Both the position numbers and the translations under genes were made by a program. A DNA stretch of 44,209 nt from NCBI GenBank assembly GCA_035696485.1, contig DASRQT010000279.1, positions 1 to 44,209 of the forward strand. The letters are read 5' to 3'. Under the pieces are notes generated by a model. The model ran no database searches. It was not told the DNA's origin and saw only the letters and a list, made by a program, of their open reading frames with translations. This stretch comes from Polyangia bacterium (lineage in GTDB: Bacteria > Myxococcota_A > Polyangia > Fen-1088). Positions within the stretch are counted from its first letter, which is position 1, and every line of letters starts with the position of its first letter. Shown here piece by piece: positions 32,843 through 41,500 of this stretch.

Positions 32843-34279
32843 TCAGGAGATGCGCGACGCCAACGCGGTTCGCGCGCGCGACACGCGCTCCGATCCCGCC
32901 GTGAGCAGGTCCAGGATCGGTGTGGTCGCCATGGTCGTGACGATCGCCATGATCACCAGCATGGCGAACAGGATCGGCGAGATGACCTTCAGATCGAGGC
33001 CGATGTTGAGCACGATGAGCTCCATCAGGCCCCGTGTGTTCATCAGCACCCCCAGCGCGGCAGAGTCACGCCATCCGATGCCAGAGATGCGCGCCTCCGC
33101 GAAGCTGCCGCCGAACTTGCCCACGCAGGCGGTGACGATGATGAGGAGACAGAGCAGCCATTCGCTCGCGCCGCCGACCAGACCGATATGAGTGCGCATG
33201 CCGGTGTAGGCAAAGAAGGTTGGCAGGAACAGCACCACCACGAAGTCCTCCAGCCGGTGGAGCAGCTCCCTGGCGATCTTGGAATCCGCCGGGATGATCG
33301 CACCCAGCGCGAAGGCGCCGAAGACGGCGTGGATGCCGATGTACTCGGTCGCCAGCGCCGACAGGAGCAGCGCCAGCACCACCGCCGTGAGCACATTCCT
33401 GCTGACGCCGCCGTCGCGGTCGTACTTTTGGATCAGCCGCAGGAGCAACGGCCGCACCGAGATGATCAAGGCGATGTATCCCAGCGTCAGCCCGGCGGTG
33501 AGCAGCCCGCCGGCGGCACGCGCCTTCACCACGCTGACCACGAAGGCGAGCAGGCACCAGGCCGTGACGTCGTCGACGGCCGCGCAGGCCAGGGCCGTCA
33601 CCCCGAGATGAGAGGTCTGTGCACCCCGATCGGTGAGGATACGCGCGAGCACGGGAAAGGCGGTGACCGACATGGCGACGCCACAGAACAGCGCGAAGTA
33701 GGTGAACGGCACGTCGCTGCTGGAAAGGCGCGGGTAGAGCAGCAGCGCCAGGGCGCATCCGAGCACGAACGGCAGCACGATGCTGGCGTGGGAGACCGCC
33801 ACGGTGGCATGCGTACGCTTGCGGAGCAGGCCCGTGTCCAGCTCCAGCCCGACCAGGAACATGTACAGGATCACGCCCACCTGCGCCAAAATCGACAGGA
33901 ACGGCGACACGCTGATCGGCAGCAGATATCCGGAGACCGAAGGGGCGACCCGGCCCAGCAGCGACGGGCCGAGCAGGATTCCGGCCAGCACCTCGCCGAT
34001 CACCGGCGGCTGCCTCAGCTTTGCGAACAGCGCGCCGAGGAGGCGCGCGGTCACGATGATCACCGCTAGCGCGAGCAGCACATGAACGAGAACGTCGAAC
34101 TTGAGCTTGGGGTCTCCGGTGCCGAAGACCTCGCTTCCGGCCGGTGCCGGCGCCACCAGGTCGCGGCCCAGGTGCCGGAACAGGTAGAAACCGGCGATCG
34201 CCGCAGCGATGAGGAGGACGTAGAGCATCACCGATCCCAATGAGAGACGGACCGGCTTGTCGGCGTCGACGCGACTCAT
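32843..34279 (-). CDS. Cation:proton antiporter, CPA2 family (Kef/NapA-like), no KTN domain
   Basis: GEVLAGILLGPSLLGR signature and about 12 TM helices across 478 aa. Confidence 0.9.
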   Translation of the reverse strand: MSRVDADKPVRLSLGSVMLYVLLIAAAIAGFYLFRHLGRDLVAPAPAGSEVFGTGDPKLKFDVLVHVLLALAVIIVTARLLGALFAKLRQPPVIGEVLAGILLGPSLLGRVAPSVSGYLLPISVSPFLSILAQVGVILYMFLVGLELDTGLLRKRTHATVAVSHASIVLPFVLGCALALLLYPRLSSSDVPFTYFALFCGVAMSVTAFPVLARILTDRGAQTSHLGVTALACAAVDDVTAWCLLAFVVSVVKARAAGGLLTAGLTLGYIALIISVRPLLLRLIQKYDRDGGVSRNVLTAVVLALLLSALATEYIGIHAVFGAFALGAIIPADSKIARELLHRLEDFVVVLFLPTFFAYTGMRTHIGLVGGASEWLLCLLIIVTACVGKFGGSFAEARISGIGWRDSAALGVLMNTRGLMELIVLNIGLDLKVISPILFAMLVIMAIVTTMATTPILDLLTAGSERVSRARTALASRIS

Positions 34280-34362
34280 GGCGCCAGCATACCAGCTTGA
34301 TTTGGCACCTACGCCAGTGCGCTGCTCGACTTCGCCCGAGAGAGACTAAACCAGGAATCGCT

Positions 34363-36525
34363 TCAAGGCCGCAGCTCGAGGACGGTCATCCCGCCGCTTG
34401 TGTTCGGCCTGTCTCCGGCCGCCCCGGTGGATTCTTGCGACGTCGTGAGGGCGAGCAATCGCCTGCCTGGGCGGGGATCACCCACGATGACGGACAGGCT
34501 GAGCGATGCCGGGGTGCACGCGGGGGCGGGCCAGGGGGTCCAGTGGGTGCCGCGGTCCAGGCTTCGAAAGACCCATCCCGTGAGGACCCAGACTTCGGCT
34601 GGAGACGCCGGCGGCGCCAGGATCGACCAGATGGGCTCGACCGGCAGAGCACGCGGCGCGCACGGCAATCCTTGACCGACACCTGGATCGAATCCCTGGT
34701 TGGACTCGGCCCAGCTTGCGCCGCCGTCGGTGCTGCGCAGGACGCCCGACTGGCCGCCCACCAGAATGACGTCGTTTCCGACCAGGGCGATCGAGGTGAA
34801 CTGCAACTGGCCGGCGAGCCCCGGGATCGTGCTGGTGCTGGTAACCGTCGCCCCTGCGTCTCTGGTCTCGATCATGAAGGCGCTGTTGCTGCCGCTTCTC
34901 AGCGCGGCAAGGACGACCGCGTGGCGGCCGTCGCTGGGGCTGATGGCGATCTGTAGGCCGACAGCCGGAAGCACATCAACGTCCAGAACGTGGGACCAGG
35001 TCGCGCCTTGGTCTTCGCTGCACTCGATTCCCGCGCTGGTGACGACGTAAAGTACTTTGCCGTCCGCGGCCACGGCCAAGTGTCGAGGCTGGTGGCGATT
35101 TGGAGCCAGCGGCCGCCAGCTCTCGCCCCCGTCGGTGGTCCTGTAGGCCGTCGTCTGATCGACCGCGAAAGCCGATCGCGCGTCGCCGGGATCGGCGGCG
35201 ATGTCGGCGAACCGAAGGGCGCCCAGTGCCTTCCAGGTTCGTCCGCCGTCCGCCGATCGCAGTGACTGAGCCGGCGTGACGGCCCAGATCACCTCCGGAT
35301 CCGCGGGTGAGACGGCGATGGCCGAGACCGATGCGGGCAGCAGGGCCCGCGCGATCCATGGGGACGCCGCGCCAGACGTGGCCTGCAGGCCGATGGGGGT
35401 CGATACCAAGAGCTGACCGGGAGCGGGCCCTGCGACCAGCAAGGCAGACCCTTTTCGTTGATTGAACCCATCGGGCAGGGCCATCTCCTGCCACGAGTCG
35501 CCACTGTCGAGGCTCTCCCAAAGGTGAGCCGGACTGACGTCGATCGACAAAATCAGCAGATGTCCGGGCATACCTCCGTGCACCAGGAATGGCATTGTGG
35601 CGCCTGCCGGCAGCGCGACAGCTCGCCAGCTGGTACCCCCGTCCATCAAACGCCACATCTGCTGATCGGTGTCGCCGAACTCCATCGCGAATGTCGTCGA
35701 TGCTTGATCAATCGTCAGAGCTTCAAGGGGTGGGCTTCGACTCGGCAGGGGTGGCAGTGGAATGTCGGACCAGGTGACACCCCAGTCGACGCTGCGGAGA
35801 AGCCTCTGGCTCCATGTGCCTGTGGCGGGATCAAGGTTCGACTGCGCGACGAGTATCCGGTTCGGTCGGGCGGGGTCGATCGCCATTGGCCCATTGGTTC
35901 CAAGCAAAGGCGCCGCCGGTGGCGTAAGCGTGATCCGGGTCCATGTGCGGCCGCCATCCCGAGTTGATGCCGCACCAACCATCCCCTCGTCGGTTGCGAT
36001 CCAGGCAACATCTCCGCGGCCTGCACCGACGGAGAGGATGGTCTGCGGATGCACGGCCGACGGGAGATCGCCGCGCGTGGTCCGCCAGGATGCACCGCCG
36101 TCGGCCGAACTGAGGATGCCTTGAGCGGGCAGACCGGGTGCCGTCGATTCCGTGATGGCCCACAAGGTCAGATCATCGGCGGGAGCGGGCACCACCGACA
36201 CGGGCGAGCCGGGCATGGACAATGGACACCAGGTCTGTCCATCGTCGGTCGAGCGAATCAGCGTGCGCTGCGCAAGGCCTCCGTTCGTCCACCTTCCGAC
36301 GGCATACAACGTCTTGCCGTTCGCCGCGCGGCGGACCGAGTCGAACGTGCTCGGCCAGCGCAGCGGAAACGAAAGCGCCGGACCCTGTGCTTCCGGCCAG
36401 AGCTGGCACGAGGGCAACTGGACCGATCCTCCGCCGGTTGCTTCGGCGCCGCTGTTCTTGGAGCAGGCCGCACCACACGCGGTGGCTACTGCGATTGCTA
36501 AGATCAATAGGCGAAGCTTGGACAT
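34363..36525 (-). CDS. Lipoprotein with 11 Asp-box (BNR) motifs, sortilin/Ycf48-like beta-propeller(s)
   Basis: Lipobox ATACGAAC. SxDxGxTW-type motifs: STDDGQTW, SADGGASW, TRDGGRTW, SVDWGVTW, MDGGTSW, SLDSGDSW, SADGGRTW, TTDGGESW, SEDQGATW, STDGGASW, SLDRGTHW. Confidence 0.85.
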   Translation of the reverse strand: MSKLRLLILAIAVATACGAACSKNSGAEATGGGSVQLPSCQLWPEAQGPALSFPLRWPSTFDSVRRAANGKTLYAVGRWTNGGLAQRTLIRSTDDGQTWCPLSMPGSPVSVVPAPADDLTLWAITESTAPGLPAQGILSSADGGASWRTTRGDLPSAVHPQTILSVGAGRGDVAWIATDEGMVGAASTRDGGRTWTRITLTPPAAPLLGTNGPMAIDPARPNRILVAQSNLDPATGTWSQRLLRSVDWGVTWSDIPLPPLPSRSPPLEALTIDQASTTFAMEFGDTDQQMWRLMDGGTSWRAVALPAGATMPFLVHGGMPGHLLILSIDVSPAHLWESLDSGDSWQEMALPDGFNQRKGSALLVAGPAPGQLLVSTPIGLQATSGAASPWIARALLPASVSAIAVSPADPEVIWAVTPAQSLRSADGGRTWKALGALRFADIAADPGDARSAFAVDQTTAYRTTDGGESWRPLAPNRHQPRHLAVAADGKVLYVVTSAGIECSEDQGATWSHVLDVDVLPAVGLQIAISPSDGRHAVVLAALRSGSNSAFMIETRDAGATVTSTSTIPGLAGQLQFTSIALVGNDVILVGGQSGVLRSTDGGASWAESNQGFDPGVGQGLPCAPRALPVEPIWSILAPPASPAEVWVLTGWVFRSLDRGTHWTPWPAPACTPASLSLSVIVGDPRPGRRLLALTTSQESTGAAGDRPNTSGGMTVLELRP

Positions 36526-36546
36526 GACAGACCCCCACTCACAGTA

Positions 36547-37311
36547 TCAGTTGTGGGCAGACGCCGAAGGATCCTTGCTGTCTTGTCGGCGCAGGACGAC
36601 GAGCCCACGCTTCTTGCCAGTAGCCGGGTCCGTGGTGTCCATCGCCTCGAAGAGGCGGCGCGCGTCGACCAGAAACGGTTTGAAGCGCTTGTTCACGTCG
36701 AGCACGAACACCAGATCGCGGTCCTTGAGGAAGCCGCCGATGGGAGAGTGGTGACCGTGGCCCTGGCCCTCGCCAAACAGGGGACCGCGGTGAAAGTTGA
36801 TGACACTGCGCTGACCCGGATCGTTGCAGTGCCTCAGGTGCTCGCGGAACTCTTCATACGTGAGATCGCGCTGCAGGGTCACTTGGTGGTTCGTCCTGGC
36901 CCGGGCTACCTCCGCCAGCTCGTCGAGCGTCAAACCGCCGAGACAGACCCCGAACCAGCACTTGCCGGTGCCATGCAGGATTGAATCCTCCGAGCTTTGT
37001 GCGCCAAATGATCGTTCGATGTTGGCAAGGCTGCTGGGACCGCAGCTTGTCGGGTTCGACTGAGGATCGACCCGATGCCCAAACGCGCGAGCGGCAGGCA
37101 GCTCCCAGGCGAGATCCAGGAGCGCTTCATTCTGGTAAGCGGACGACTGCTTGATTGAGACGCCGCCGAAGCGGGGCGCCGACCGATTGCCACGAAGTAC
37201 CAAGGCGGCCGCACCCGCCGGGAGGCCGACCAGAGCCGCCGCCAAGACCATGCGCCGACTCAGCGTCCGGGGCCGGCCCTCCACGGAAGACGCCGCACCC
37301 TGAGGGTTCAC
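36547..37311 (-). CDS. Exported phytochelatin-synthase-like (peptidase C83, papain-fold) protein
   Basis: Twin-arginine-like signal LSRRMVLAAALVGLPAGAAA. Catalytic Cys context NPTSCGPSSLANI, His context GHGHHSPIGGF, Asp context VFVLDVNKRFKPFLV. These parallel the plant/cyanobacterial PCS blocks (CG..SL, GHFSPIGGY, LILDVARFKYPP). Confidence 0.75.
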   Translation of the reverse strand: MNPQGAASSVEGRPRTLSRRMVLAAALVGLPAGAAALVLRGNRSAPRFGGVSIKQSSAYQNEALLDLAWELPAARAFGHRVDPQSNPTSCGPSSLANIERSFGAQSSEDSILHGTGKCWFGVCLGGLTLDELAEVARARTNHQVTLQRDLTYEEFREHLRHCNDPGQRSVINFHRGPLFGEGQGHGHHSPIGGFLKDRDLVFVLDVNKRFKPFLVDARRLFEAMDTTDPATGKKRGLVVLRRQDSKDPSASAHN

Positions 37312-37739
37312 GACTGGCCCCCTGCGGGAACCAGATGTCCGAGCTGACGCAACATTCCGACCTCGTCACGCTGCGCCCACATCTCGACGATCTTGCCGTC
37401 CGCCAAACGAAAGATGTGGATGGCCTCGGCGTCGATCGTCCTGCCGGTCGCAGGCAGCGGCATGCGCACAAAACGCAGCGGCCCGGAGTTGGTCCCGCGC
37501 ATGCGCATTCGGCAGACAACCCGGTCGTTCTCGGCGACCACGTCTTCGCATGTCCAGGTCAGGTCGGGGAAAGCGGTCCAGAGCTTCTCCCAGATATTGA
37601 TGAGCCCCGTCCGACCCTGAGCCTCGGGGATCGCGCTGTGGTTGACGAGGTCCTCGGCCACCAGATCGACGACAGCGTCGTCGTCGTGGCGATTGAAGGC
37701 CTCCAGGCACTGGCGGATGATTTTTCGGTTGTTCTCCAT
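37308..37739 (-). CDS. SnoaL-like ester cyclase / NTF2-fold protein
   Basis: MENNRKIIRQCLEAFNRHDDDAVVDLVAEDLVNH...AFPDLTWTCEDVVAENDRVVCRMRMRGTNSG...GKIVEMWAQRDEVGMLRQLG is the classic ester-cyclase pattern. Its stop overlaps the PCS-like start (GTGA). Confidence 0.85.
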   Translation of the reverse strand: MENNRKIIRQCLEAFNRHDDDAVVDLVAEDLVNHSAIPEAQGRTGLINIWEKLWTAFPDLTWTCEDVVAENDRVVCRMRMRGTNSGPLRFVRMPLPATGRTIDAEAIHIFRLADGKIVEMWAQRDEVGMLRQLGHLVPAGGQS

Positions 37740-37756
37740 GATGTCCTCCTCTGCTT

Positions 37757-38167
37757 TCAGCGCGCGCGGGGATAGGTCGCGTCCGCCACCATGTGCGGCG
37801 TGGGTTGCTGCGCCAGGGCGTGCCAGAGCAGCTCGTAGCCCCCGCGAGCTTCAGTGCGCAGGCACGCCGTTTCACCGGCGGCAACGGTGACGGAGATGAC
37901 CTTGTCGGCGGGCAGCCGAACCGCAGCGCCACCCTGCCGCGTGTGAGCACAATCCGCGTCGGTTCCGGTCGTTACCCGCGTGCTGTAGACCTCGCCGCCG
38001 GCGAAGGCGGCGTAGGCGTGTACCGTGGTGGGTCCGGTGACGATCGCCCGGGCCCCGGCCGAGGTGCTGAGGACCCTTCCTCGGGCGACGTGCACCGAGG
38101 GTGAGGTCGCGCAGCCGACGGCGCTTCCGAGGACCAAAAGAACTGCCGTTGCCAGTTTCCTGTTCAT
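37757..38167 (-). CDS. Small hypothetical lipoprotein
   Basis: MNRKLATAVLLVLGSAVGC lipobox, SD AAGGAG 8 nt upstream. No family recognised. Confidence 0.6.
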   Translation of the reverse strand: MNRKLATAVLLVLGSAVGCATSPSVHVARGRVLSTSAGARAIVTGPTTVHAYAAFAGGEVYSTRVTTGTDADCAHTRQGGAAVRLPADKVISVTVAAGETACLRTEARGGYELLWHALAQQPTPHMVADATYPRAR

Positions 38168-38171
38168 GATG

Positions 38172-38218
38172 ACGACTCCTTTTTTGACGGGCCGTTGTTG
38201 GCTCCGTCAGGGAGTCGT
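38172..38218 (-). promoter_or_regulatory. Two-tier stem-loop that pairs with the Shine-Dalgarno of the lipoprotein gene
   Basis: Minus-strand RNA: ACGACUCC-C-UGACGG-(13 nt loop)-CCGUCA-AAAAA-GGAGUCGU-CAUCAUG. It has 8-bp and 6-bp stems, and the 3' arm contains the GGAG of the SD. Confidence 0.4.
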
Positions 38219-38271
38219 TCCGTGGCGTGGAACTTCGTTCTGCAGCCGAAAAAATCGGCGTAGAACAGTTC

Positions 38272-41262
38272 CTAGAGGGGGGTGAACGAGCAGTAAGTGC
38301 CCGTTTTCACGGCGGCCGCGAGGTAACGTCCCAGTGCGATGTCGCAATGGCCGACACTTTCGATCGCGTCCTTGAGTCGCCTTTGAACGTTGATCCGGGC
38401 CCGTTCTGCGTCGGAGGCGGCCCTGCGGTCGCGTCCCCCTAGCCCAATCGCCCCTGCCAGCTGGGTCGCGAGGGCGTCCAGCTCTTCGCGTGCGCGGTCG
38501 GCGCGCCCCATGTCGCCGAACCCATCGGCCTCGGCGATCTCGTCCTCCAGAACGTCGAGCCGCTGCTTGTAGGCGGCCTTCGCCTGGGCATCGAGCACCG
38601 GTCCCGCATCACCCGCGCCATGATCCAATCCGACCAACGCGAGGACGTGAAGCTCCTGACCTGGGTGCGCGAGGAGCTCGCTGAGATACGAGAGCCCCTT
38701 CGAGTCCTTCAGGCGGAACACAGGTCCGGATGATCCTTCGACCGCCCAGACGTCACCCTCTCGCCGTAGGGAGATGTCGCGAGGAGCGGGTCGATTCGTT
38801 TGATCTACTTGCGCTCTCTTGCCCGTGCTGCCTCCGGCTTCTAGGCGCTCGAGCGCCGCGAGGGACAGCTCGAGAAATGGCTTGGCACCGATCCGGCGGC
38901 AGAGGGCAATCGACTCCTCGAAGTAGCGGCGCGCTTCGTCGCGTCGCCCGAGAAGCCGGGCGAGTTCACCGCGCGCTCGCGACGTCGGTCCGAAGGCGTA
39001 GGCGCCGATTCCTCCCCAGAAAAAGGGGAAGTCGCGGCAACGCTTCTGGATCTGCTCGTCGATCGGAGCTGCGGATTCGGCGTCCTCGAGCAAGGCACAG
39101 GCCTCCGACACAATGATGAGCGTGGGCAGGGCCTGTGGAATGACCACCGCCTCATGAAGCAGACGCAGAGCTTCGTCGCGGCGCCCAATGGCAGCGAGGA
39201 GCCAGGCACGGTGCGGCATTGAGAATGGGAAGCGCTGGAACATCGACAGCGCCCGGTGCGCATCCCGACCGATCGAAGCCGGTTCGCCGCGGGCGATCGC
39301 CAGGGCGATACGCTGGTTCGCCCATTCGATGTTCGCCGCGTCTGATCCAGCGCGCTCTGCGAGGGCGAGGGCTTCGTCGCCAAGCTGCCCTGCTTCGTCC
39401 AGCCGCCCGTCGAAGAAGGCAAACCCGGCGCGCAGCATCGGTAGGCGCCAGCGACCTTGCGGGTAGTCGAGCGCGGTGTGGAGGTCAATCATGGCCGTCA
39501 GTGTCGCGTCGGCGTCTGCCCGGAGGCCGCGCTCGAGAAGGCACGCCGCGTACGTTGGGCCCACCTTGATCAGGGTCAGCCGCTGATCGAGCACCTGCGC
39601 CAGCGCCACCGCTTCCCGGGTGAGCTCGAAACGCTCGTCGCTCGATAACATATATCCGAAGCTATTTCGGGCGTATTCGAGGGCATAGAGCAGCGTCTCG
39701 GGATGGCCCAGACGCCGAGCCATCGCCAGGGACGCCAGGCCGATGTCGATCAGTCGATTGGCAGCTTCCTCGGTTCGAGGGGGCGTGAGCGCGATCGAAA
39801 GTCGCGCACCGACCTTGGCGCCCAGCGAGCTATCGCCCTTTCCGAGAGCCGAGAGGGCCTCTTCCAGAAGGCGGACCATCACAACACTGACATGCGGAAG
39901 CGATGTGAGCTCGGAGCCGTAGACCAGAGCGGCGAGCGCCTGTTCCTCCGCGCAGCCGAGACCTTTGGCCATATCGGCGGCGCGCACGCAGCGCGCGCGC
40001 CCCGCGTCGATCGACCCTGACCGAATCATGCCTTCGCCGCAAGCGATCTCCAGCCGGCAAGCGAGGCGGGAAGCTTCCGCTCCGATCACCGTGAGTCCGC
40101 GTTCCGCAAGCTCCGCTGCCGCCTCGAATGCCAGTTTCGCAAGCGCATGGTCCGCTGCCCGCAGCGCACTGCCGGCGGCCCGCTGCGCGTCTCCCGCACC
40201 CGCTCCTTCGAGCAGATGATTCGCCACCCGGGTCGGATCGGCGCCATGGCTCTCGGCGACCAGGCCGGCCTTCCAGTGCAGCGCGCTGCGATCCGAAGGG
40301 GCCAGGGTTTCGTACAGGCGATCGCGCAACAGCACATGGGTAAACTGAAACCGTTCCCGCTCCGTCGCCTCCAGCACGCCGAGGTGGGTGGCCAGTTGCA
40401 CGTGTTCCATGACGGCGTCGTGAGTATTGGCGATGATCTCGGCCAGCTCGCGCGACCCGAAGTCGCGCCCGAGGACCGCCGCCGCCTCAAGCACGGCGCG
40501 GGCCCCTGCCGAGAGCCTGCGGAGGTTCTCATCGAGGGCGGCCTTCATCCCGTCGGTGGTGAGCCTGTTCTTACCGTGCGCGCCAATCCGAAGGATCTCG
40601 CGCACGAACAGCGGGTTGCCCTCGGTCACCCGAAAAACGTCGTCGGCATCGGAGACCGAGCTCTCGCTCTTCGAAACCCAGGCCGCAACGTTGTCCCTGG
40701 TGAGGCGCGGCAGCGATACTACCTCGCCCTCTCGACCGATCTTCGCGAGCGCATCGCTGACCTCCGGCGACATTCGGGTTTCAACATCGCGGGACGTTCC
40801 GAGCACGAATAACGGCGAAGCCGACACCTGGCGCGACACGAAGAGCAGCAAGAGGAGAGAAGGCAGATCAGCCGCGTGGAGATCGTCCAGAAACACCACC
40901 AGTGGCTGCTCGCCTGCACGGGCTGCAAGCGCGCGCGCCGCCGCATCAAAAAGTTGAAACCGTTGCTGTTGAGAGTCCCCTCCGTCCTTGCGCAAGAGCT
41001 CATCGAAGGGTGTCGACCCCAGTTGCTGAAAGACCTGCGTCCAGGGCCAGTAGGGCGCCGCGCCGCCGCCTTCCCAGCATCGTCCCGAGAGCAGATGCAT
41101 CCCGGCGGTCGTTGCCCGAATTCCGACCTCTCTCCCGATGCTGGACTTTCCTATCCCCGGCTCCCCCGTCAACAGGGCCAGCGATCCATTTCCCGCGCGG
41201 GCGAGCGACAGGGCTCGATCGATCCGCGCGAGCTCGGACTCGCGCCCGAAGAGGTTGGCCAC
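38272..41262 (-). CDS. STAND-class NTPase (AAA_16 ATPase + TPR-like helical repeats) with a conserved C-terminal module and no recognisable HTH
   Basis: N-terminus FGRESELARIDRAL...LLTGEPGIGKSS (Walker A), LVVFLDDLHAAD (Walker B), about 600 aa of helical/TPR-like repeats, and a C-terminal block EGDVWAVEG..FRLKDSKGLSYLSELLAHPGQELHVLALVG...AERARINVQRRLKDAIE...VKTGTYCSFTP. Confidence 0.85.
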   Translation of the reverse strand: MANLFGRESELARIDRALSLARAGNGSLALLTGEPGIGKSSIGREVGIRATTAGMHLLSGRCWEGGGAAPYWPWTQVFQQLGSTPFDELLRKDGGDSQQQRFQLFDAAARALAARAGEQPLVVFLDDLHAADLPSLLLLLFVSRQVSASPLFVLGTSRDVETRMSPEVSDALAKIGREGEVVSLPRLTRDNVAAWVSKSESSVSDADDVFRVTEGNPLFVREILRIGAHGKNRLTTDGMKAALDENLRRLSAGARAVLEAAAVLGRDFGSRELAEIIANTHDAVMEHVQLATHLGVLEATERERFQFTHVLLRDRLYETLAPSDRSALHWKAGLVAESHGADPTRVANHLLEGAGAGDAQRAAGSALRAADHALAKLAFEAAAELAERGLTVIGAEASRLACRLEIACGEGMIRSGSIDAGRARCVRAADMAKGLGCAEEQALAALVYGSELTSLPHVSVVMVRLLEEALSALGKGDSSLGAKVGARLSIALTPPRTEEAANRLIDIGLASLAMARRLGHPETLLYALEYARNSFGYMLSSDERFELTREAVALAQVLDQRLTLIKVGPTYAACLLERGLRADADATLTAMIDLHTALDYPQGRWRLPMLRAGFAFFDGRLDEAGQLGDEALALAERAGSDAANIEWANQRIALAIARGEPASIGRDAHRALSMFQRFPFSMPHRAWLLAAIGRRDEALRLLHEAVVIPQALPTLIIVSEACALLEDAESAAPIDEQIQKRCRDFPFFWGGIGAYAFGPTSRARGELARLLGRRDEARRYFEESIALCRRIGAKPFLELSLAALERLEAGGSTGKRAQVDQTNRPAPRDISLRREGDVWAVEGSSGPVFRLKDSKGLSYLSELLAHPGQELHVLALVGLDHGAGDAGPVLDAQAKAAYKQRLDVLEDEIAEADGFGDMGRADRAREELDALATQLAGAIGLGGRDRRAASDAERARINVQRRLKDAIESVGHCDIALGRYLAAAVKTGTYCSFTPL

Positions 41263-41335
41263 GGCTCACCTTAACGCGATCGGCCCGCGCGTTCACCGCT
41301 GTGCAGGGCGTCCGCGCTGGATTCGAATTCAAACC

Positions 41336-41357
41336 GGAAATTAGCGGGAAATTTGCG
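41336..41357. repeat. 11-bp tandem direct repeat GGAAATTAGCG / GGAAATTTGCG in a divergent promoter region
   Basis: 10 of 11 positions are identical, followed by a partial third GGA. It sits next to the ATTCGAAT palindrome at 41321-41328, in an AT-richer region. Confidence 0.4.
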
Positions 41358-41427
41358 GGACAACGTTTTCCCTTGGGCGAAAAGGATTGATCGATCTGGC
41401 CCGTTGATTTCCACTAACTACCTAGAA

Positions 41428-41457
41428 GCAACGCAGCGAATGCATTTCTCGCGTTGC
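41428..41457. promoter_or_regulatory. Imperfect 30-nt palindrome GCAACGC-agcg-AATGCATT-tctc-GCGTTGC upstream of the DUF1592-family gene
   Basis: The outer 7-bp arms are exact reverse complements and the central AATGCATT is self-complementary. It ends 43 nt before the ATG at 41501. Confidence 0.35.
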
Positions 41458-41500
41458 CTGACCGGGCGCGCCGGTCCGACTGTACTCCATGGGAGGAACC

